In this document: positions 56,950-64,000 of the stretch, piece after piece | Numbering within the stretch: the first letter of the stretch is position 1 | Layout of the letters: the number at the start of each line of letters is the position of its first letter | The notes under the pieces: model-generated | The model's database searches: none | Told to the model about the DNA's origin: nothing | What the model saw: only the letters and a program-made list of their open reading frames with translations | Program-made: the position numbers and the translations under genes | Source: Octopus vulgaris | Taxonomy: Eukaryota | Direction of reading: 5' to 3' | NCBI GenBank assembly: GCA_951406725.2 | Contig: OX597830.1 | Span: forward strand, 35,898,001 to 35,962,000 | Length of the DNA: 64,000 nucleotides

Positions 56950-57196
56950 ATTTAACTCAAGTTCGTTCTTATTCCTGACAGGATTTATGTGCGTAGCTGT
57001 TTATTACCTGTAACCCTAGTTATCCACTAGATTTCAATAGTCTTTCAAGTTCTCAACACACTCCTGCTATTCTTCACTGTCCATAAGAGGCAAACTTTCT
57101 GTAGGAGCTCTACAGGCCCTTCTATTCCAGTCTCCTTCAACCATTTGTCTATATCTTTGCTGACAATTCCCAATGCACCAATTATTATAGGAACAA
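56950..57196 (-). mobile_element. RLE LINE 3' end, fourth family
   Basis: VPIIIGALGIVSKDIDKWLKETGIEGPVELLQKVCLLWTVKNSRSVLRT*, followed by a UTR running into (AAT)n. Confidence 0.75.
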
Positions 57197-57232
57197 CCCA
57201 TCATTGTTGTTATCATCATCATCAACATCATC

Positions 57233-57264
<32 letters not shown>

Positions 57265-57326
57265 CCCCCTCCTCCTCCTCCTCATCATCATCAACATCAT
57301 CATCAACATTATTATTATTATTTTTG

Positions 57327-57540
57327 AGGCGTCGAGCTGGCAGAATCGTTAGCACACCAGGCGAAATGTTTAGCAGTATTTCGCCTGTTGCTACGTTCTG
57401 AGTTCAAATTCGACCGAGGCTTCGACATTACTTCTCATCCTTTCGGGGTCGATAAATTAAGTATCAGTGATGCACTGGGCTCGATGTAATCGACTAGTCC
57501 CTTTCCCACCAAATTTGAGGCTTTGTACCTCTAGCAGAAA
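57327..57540 (+). mobile_element. Family A SINE monomer (tail-2)
   Basis: gaggcgtcgagctggcagaatcgttagcac..gagttcaaattcg..catcctttcggggtcgataaattaag..ccaccaaatttgaggctttgtacctctagcagaaa. Confidence 0.85.
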
Positions 57541-57572
57541 TTACTACTACTATTGTTATTATTATTATTATT

Positions 57573-58092
57573 CAGTAGTTTTATTTTTATTTTTATAGCG
57601 TGCTTTCACTTCACTACCGAGCACAGCTCTGTGTGCCTTGGGTTTGTGCTGTGATTTGTTGTGATGCTCTGATGGTTATTGTATGGAAAGTGTTCTGCGT
57701 AGGATGTGTGCAGTGCCCAGTAGTGCAATTTTCTGTATGTTATATGTGTTTGTAAGTCCTGGTGTTTTTGTTATGTATTTGTCTGAATATTTTTTTTTAT
57801 CATGCCTAATGCACCTACTATGATAGGAATTGTTTCTGTTTTCAGATTCCACATTCTAGTTACCTCTATTTCCAGGTCTTTGTATTTTGAGAGTTTCTCC
57901 ATTTCTTTTAGAGACACGTTGTCATCTGCCGGTACTGATACATCAATTAGAAAGCATTTTTTTTCTTCATGGTCTCTGACAACTATATCTGGTCTGTTGG
58001 CCTTAATTTCTCTATCTGTGTGTATCGGCATATCCCAGAGTATGGTTGCTTTCTCGTTTTCTGTGACCTTTCTGGTGTGTGCCTATACCATC

Positions 58093-58097
<5 letters not shown>
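57573..58097 (-). mobile_element. R4/Dong-like LINE 3' fragment with the RLE endonuclease domain, inserted in (AAT)n
   Basis: KRWYRHTPE/VTENEKATILWDMPIHTDREIKANRPDIVVRDHEEKKCFLIDVSVPADDNVSLKEMEKLSKYKDLEIEVTRMWNLKTETIPIIVGALG..QKIALLGTAHILRR: RPD..ID..P..K..KY restriction-like endonuclease signature. Confidence 0.92.
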
Positions 58098-58140
<43 letters not shown>

Positions 58141-58142
58141 TT

Positions 58143-58177
<35 letters not shown>

Positions 58178-58950
58178 TATTACATTAAATATTAGCCGTA
58201 AACGGTTGTTTAAGATCGGATACTTGAACCAACAGTTATTTTCACTGATAATCAAAGCCACCTTTACCTTGATTATAATATTTGGAATCCTCTAATACAT
58301 TCGAAATAATTTCATAGTTTGTGCCGTTGTAATTCCTTAAATACCCGATGTGACTCGAGAGCCTTGTGCCAAAACAACTTTCAGCTTTCTCAAATACACC
58401 ATCACTTTCCATTGAATAAACCGTTTTTAGTCAGCCTAATATAATCCTTAAAATAATATAATCCTTAAAAACTGATTAACTATAAATACTTTTGCATTGT
58501 AAACTCGATTTCGAAATACATAAAATGTTTACTGCAAAATTTACGGGGTTTAAACAATTGTAGAAGCGGTATGAAATAGATGTAGATATCTTTTTAAAGT
58601 TTTTGCTATTAATATTAGCTATATATTGTAGCGAAATCAGATATACAACTGCAAAATTTTTTTATATTGTTTCTATTATAAATATTATATTTATATTTTA
58701 GAAAATACTTATCTAAAAGGTTAATGAGATATTTAGCAATGTTTGTACGCATGTTAAATTGAATGTAGCATTAAACCAAATAATTTTACGTTTGTATTGT
58801 AAACGTAAATATTCAAAATATTTTCTATTGTTAACTCAACTTTATTTGATATGGAGTTAAAAGCTCATTACTTTCCAACTTGCAGATTTCAATCGATCGA
58901 ACGATATATGTGTATGCGTATGTCTGTATCTGATTTTATGTATGCATATA

Positions 58951-59930
58951 CGAGGTGCATTCCAGGAGTTTTGAGACTTTAAGAGAAGCAGAAATAGCTG
59001 ACCTAAAATATTGTAATTTTAGTATGGCATAACTATACATCTAACAAGTTGACCTGCCAACATTTATTATACCAGGTCAAAGGAGACCGTTGTAACAACA
59101 CTTTGAACACACCCGACAAAACACTGCTCGTCACAGATAACTAGTTTGCAGAGTATAGTCGCGACGTTAAGGCAATTTGGAGGCTAACTGTGCCATAAAT
59201 TTTAGTGTTTTAAACGAGGTAAAAAGCTAGATAATCTTATAAAATACTTGTATGAAGTGAGCATCTGTCTTTCGTTAAGGTCTGTTAAGGGGAGATGAGA
59301 GACGATGAGAAGTGGAATTTTCTAGATGAAGACCGTCATGTGTCTATGAAGAAAATAAACTTACAGTTTGAAGTTGTGGCAATTGTACAGGGAATTATTC
59401 ATCAGGATCTGAACATGTGCCAGACTGGAGCAAAGCTTATTCTTAGGATGCTCAGTGACGAATAGGGGAAAAGACGCGTTGGTGACAGCAGAGAGATAGG
59501 TGAGCTCATTAAATCCAATCGAAGAGTGCTGCAGTCTCGGCTGACCTGTGACAAAAGCTGGATTTACTGTTATGAAAACAAGAGACAGAGTGCACAATTG
59601 AACTCGCCCAGTTCCCCCAAACCCAAGAAGGTCAGGCAATGCAAGCCCACCAGGAAGTTCACGATGATCCCTTTATCGGCTGAAAGGGCATCAGCTGCGT
59701 CCACTAGGTACCCCGTAGCCTGACGGTCACCAAAGAATACTTTGTGAGGATTTTGGGAGAATTCAGGAAAAGATTTCGTCGCAAAAGACCAAAACACTTG
59801 TATTCAGTTCGGTGCAGCTGCAGCAGGACAATTCACTAGTCCGTACTTCCATCCTAGTAGCAAGTTGGTTACTTGAAAGAAATGGGTATCAAAAGTATCT
59901 CTCATCGTCGGTCAAGAGCGAATATTATGA
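58951..59930 (+). pseudogene. Degenerate mariner (DD34D-type) element, 3'-truncated
   Basis: Starts TA|CGAGGTGCATTCC; remnants DEDRHVSMKKI..IIHQDLNM..AKLILRMLS, LTCDKSWIYCYENKRQSAQLNSPSSPKPKKVRQ (TGDExW motif region), [16 protein letters not shown] (HDNA region). Confidence 0.8.
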
Positions 59931-59936
59931 TATCAT

Positions 59937-59970
<34 letters not shown>

Positions 59971-59984
59971 GATATATATTATAT

Positions 59985-60071
<87 letters not shown>

Positions 60072-60244
60072 GTATATACATATATATACACATATATATA
60101 ATTATATTTATATATTGTCATATATATTATATATATATATTATTATTATTATTATCATATATTATTATTATTATCAAATGACGGTGCCCCAGTATGGCCA
60201 CACCTCGTGAGCTGAAACTAGATAAAATAAAATAAAAAATTTAA

Positions 60245-60275
<31 letters not shown>

Positions 60276-60285
60276 TATATGTGTT

Positions 60286-60329
<44 letters not shown>

Positions 60330-61383
60330 TAAATACATCTCAATGTGTTTTGGTAAACATATGTACGAGAAGTTCCCGTTCCTTATGTACCTGGTTTGTC
60401 CATGAGCCAAAAATTAGTCTGTCAACTATACTACATAGCATTATTGCAGATGGTCCAAAATTATCAAAACAGTTACTATAGTGCACCAATCTGAGAAACT
60501 ACATCAGTATAAATGCTGCAGCAGCAGCAGTAACAACATCAGCAGCAGCAGCAACAATAGAGCTATAATTCTTTTCAAATATATGCACAGGGACTGAAAT
60601 TTTGGGAGAGGAAGCTATTCGATTACATCGACCCCAGTACTTGACCGGTTCTCATTTCATAGACCCAGAAAGGATTCAAGGCAAAGCAGGCCTCGATAGA
60701 ATTTGTAATCAGAGCATAAAGACGGACGAACTACCGCTAATCCTTTTGTCCGACGTGCTAAAGTTTCCTTCTGCTCGCCACCTTAAACAATAGCGTTATA
60801 ATTTAATTGCATTTAATATTGAGATCAATTTACCAAACTGGTGAATATAAAAAATGACAGAAATTGCTATTGTTTTTACTTCAGCTGTAATATATACTGC
60901 CTCCGCTAAAAGATCTGATTATACAGTGGATATGGTATCTGAAAAAGAAAGCAGCAATGCTATCGCCATCTCCTGACAATTTATGTAGTTCGAAAGCTTA
61001 TGTATCTTGAAACTTTAAGTACCGTAGAACTTTATGTACAGTGAATATGGCACAGGGTGAAAACTTTAAGTGCATTGTACATTGTTTTTCAAGTTTTAGA
61101 AGTGAAAAGCGAAGCTGACATCAGTGGTTTTATAACTCACAATATAAAAAAGCCGAAACTGTCGTAGAACAATTGTCCATGTTTGACTTCATTGCACCAA
61201 TCTAACAGTTATAGTCAATATTCATATGCTTTCGTCCGTTTGACTAATATTCAAGTAAAGCAAAAAGAAATTTGCCTAAGACAACAAATATCTTCGACAA
61301 ACGAGAATACTCTTTACCATTCCTCTTTGTAAAATGCTAAATTGCTATCAACGCATACACACACACACCACACGCCCATACAC

Positions 61384-61394
<11 letters not shown>

Positions 61395-61416
<22 letters not shown>

Positions 61417-61800
61417 CATATATAAATATATACATACATGCAGGTATATATATGCATATATATGCACAGACACACATATATATATATATGTACACACATA
61501 CATACACACATATATATAGATACACAAATACATATATACACACGCCCATATTCATTTAAACATCTTTGTATATAGAAATACATACATACATACATGCATA
61601 CATACATACATACATATATAAATATATACATACATGCATATATATATGCACTATATATGCACAGACACACATATATATATATATGTACACACATACATAC
61701 ACACATATATATAGATACACAAATACATATATACACACGCCCATATTCATTTAAACATCTTTGTATATAGAAATACATACATACATACATGCATACATAC
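61395..61800. repeat. 195-bp tandem duplication of compound AC/AT/ACAT microsatellite DNA
   Basis: Unique anchor CACGCCCATATTCATTTAAACATCTTTGTATATAGAAATAC at 61541 and 61736. Confidence 0.85.
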
Positions 61801-62361
61801 ATACATACATACATACATACATACATACATGCATACATACATACATACATACATACAAGGAATGTTTTGCTTTTGTCCTGTCAGGTAGATTCTCCAGAAT
61901 TGCCAACATTGTTAAAATTCATAAATACATTATCTATTATAACTATTCGTATTTATTGAATTTTATTCATTTATAATAATTATTAAAAAATAATAATAAA
62001 CAGCATTAAATGACAAAAGCTGAAACAAAGCAAGGAAATTTTAATGTTTTATTTTCGGGGGGAATTGTTTTTCTTTCCCTCCCTATCTACCTGCTTACTT
62101 GCAGAGCCATTCCCACCCCCTACTTTAAAACTTTCCTAGCAAAATACATATTCATCTATAGAGGTTTAATATTTTCTCTAAATTATTTATGGATTCCATC
62201 TCTAAATATAAATATATTAAATGAACTACTGGAGCTGGTTGTAGTGTATCTGCAGGGTTAGAATGAAAGACAAATAGAAAATACAAAAAAACTAAAGAGG
62301 AACTGCCAAAAAAGAACAAAAGATATAAGCAGGAAAAAAAAAACACGAGAAGACGAAGCAA

Positions 62362-62416
<55 letters not shown>

Positions 62417-62560
62417 TACCTGCACATACACACACATATATATATATATATAATTGTAATTCGTAATTCGAAATATTGTCATGCAAATTGCCCAAGGGAC
62501 CATCAGTATGATTATTTCCCTCTGGTAACGCAGCACTTATGCCCACTGCGTAATAAACTA

Positions 62561-62599
<39 letters not shown>

Positions 62600-62622
62600 C
62601 ATACATGTATATTTATATATTT

Positions 62623-62653
<31 letters not shown>

Positions 62654-63129
62654 TATATATATATATATTGTGAATGTATGTACACGTAGGTAAACGTGAG
62701 GAAAGACTACTCATAAATCAACGAAGATTCCTACAAATGCACGCACAAATACACATAAACACACACATACGCGCACACCCACCACACACTCATGTACACA
62801 GACATTCACCTCCACACACACACATGTAAGTACTTATTCATTTACGTACATTTTCAATAATACACCTACATCATTGCTTTTGTTTTGCTTTTGTTTTACG
62901 TTCGATTTGTGGAAGGCGTTAGGATTTTTGGGTGTTTTTTTGTTTGCTTTTTTTTGTTTTGTTTTGTTTTTTGTTTTTGCAAATAATTTTTTTAATAAAA
63001 CATTCACTAAGACAAATAAATGTTCTGCAATATTTTTATGCAGATTATATTTCCAGTTCTATTATTTTTTGTCTTTTCCCTTATTTTCTACTCTATGCAC
63101 AATGCCTGGAATCTTTTATAGAAAGGGTG

Positions 63130-63572
63130 GGGATAGTCGATCATCACATCAACCCCAGTTTTTCACAGGTACTAAATTTATCGATCCATTTAAAAAGTGA
63201 AGGGCATAGTTCATCTTGGCAGAATTTGAACTCAGAACGTAGCGCAGACGAAATACCTATTTCTTTACTACCCACACGGGGCTACACGCAGAGGACACAA
63301 ACAAGGACAGACAAACGGATTAAGTTGATTATATCGACTCCAGTGCGTAACTGGTAGTTTATTTAATCGACCCCGATGAAAGGCAAAGTCGACCTCGGTG
63401 GAATTTGAACTCAGAACATAAAGACAGACGAAATACCTATTTCTTTACTACCCACAAGGGGCTAAACACAGAGAGGACGAACAAGGACAGACATACGGAT
63501 TAAGTCGATTATATATACCCCAGTGCGTAACTGGTACTTATTTAATCGACCCCGAAAGGATGAAAGGCAAAG
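63130..63572 (-). mobile_element. Family A SINE trimer (5'-truncated); a further copy starts at 63861 (+) after (TTA)n
   Basis: Junctions AAAGAAATA|GGTATTTCGTC at ~63437 and ~63257 (180-bp period); the terminal unit is the most diverged. Confidence 0.85.
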
Positions 63573-63736
63573 TTGGCAGTAAAATATCGTTTCTTTTCTA
63601 GTATTTTCGTTAAAAGGCTGCATCCTTCAAGTCTTCCTTTATCTAATTCCATGGATGTTATTGGATTAGATTTGTTTTTGAATGACGAACCTGCTTTAGT
63701 ACATCCATGTTCTTCTTCTTTTTCTTCGTCTTCTTA

Positions 63737-63857
<121 letters not shown>

Positions 63858-64000
63858 ATAAGGCGGCGAGCTGGTGTAATCGTTAACCTGCCGGACGAAA
63901 TGCTTAGCAGTATTTCGCTCGTCGCTACGATTTGAGTTCAAATTCAGTCGAGTTCAAATTCCTCCGGGGTCGACTTTGCATTTCATCTCTTCGGGGTCGA

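Overview
AT-rich, microsatellite-saturated eukaryotic DNA with no recognisable host exon, rRNA, true tRNA or CRISPR array; most long ORFs in the track are translations of simple repeats. The repeat repertoire (two tRNA-headed SINE families, R4/Dong-type RLE LINEs, RTE and CR1 LINE ends, piggyBac and Tc1/mariner relics, TTAGGG telomere units) looks like a cephalopod (octopus-like) intergenic or intronic region. That assignment is inference from recalled repeat families. Highlights: (1) a minimal hammerhead ribozyme with an intact core (13386-13431, minus) inside a composite element that has a tRNA-like B-box head, an (AAT)n spacer and an inverted 3' copy, as in Penelope-like elements; (2) a SINE subfamily whose tail is joined to GGTAT(T) at eight junctions inside other SINE copies and once at a unique site with a 19-bp TSD, suggesting self-targeting or microhomology-primed multimer formation; (3) five RLE-LINE insertions ending in (AAT)n tracts with the same polarity; (4) an RTE insertion with twin-priming inversion geometry; (5) an interstitial telomere tract with its empty paralogous site next to it; (6) several fold-back structures and a templated insertion. 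Two local mosaic duplications may be assembly artefacts. All coordinates were read by eye and boundaries of degenerate repeats are approximate.
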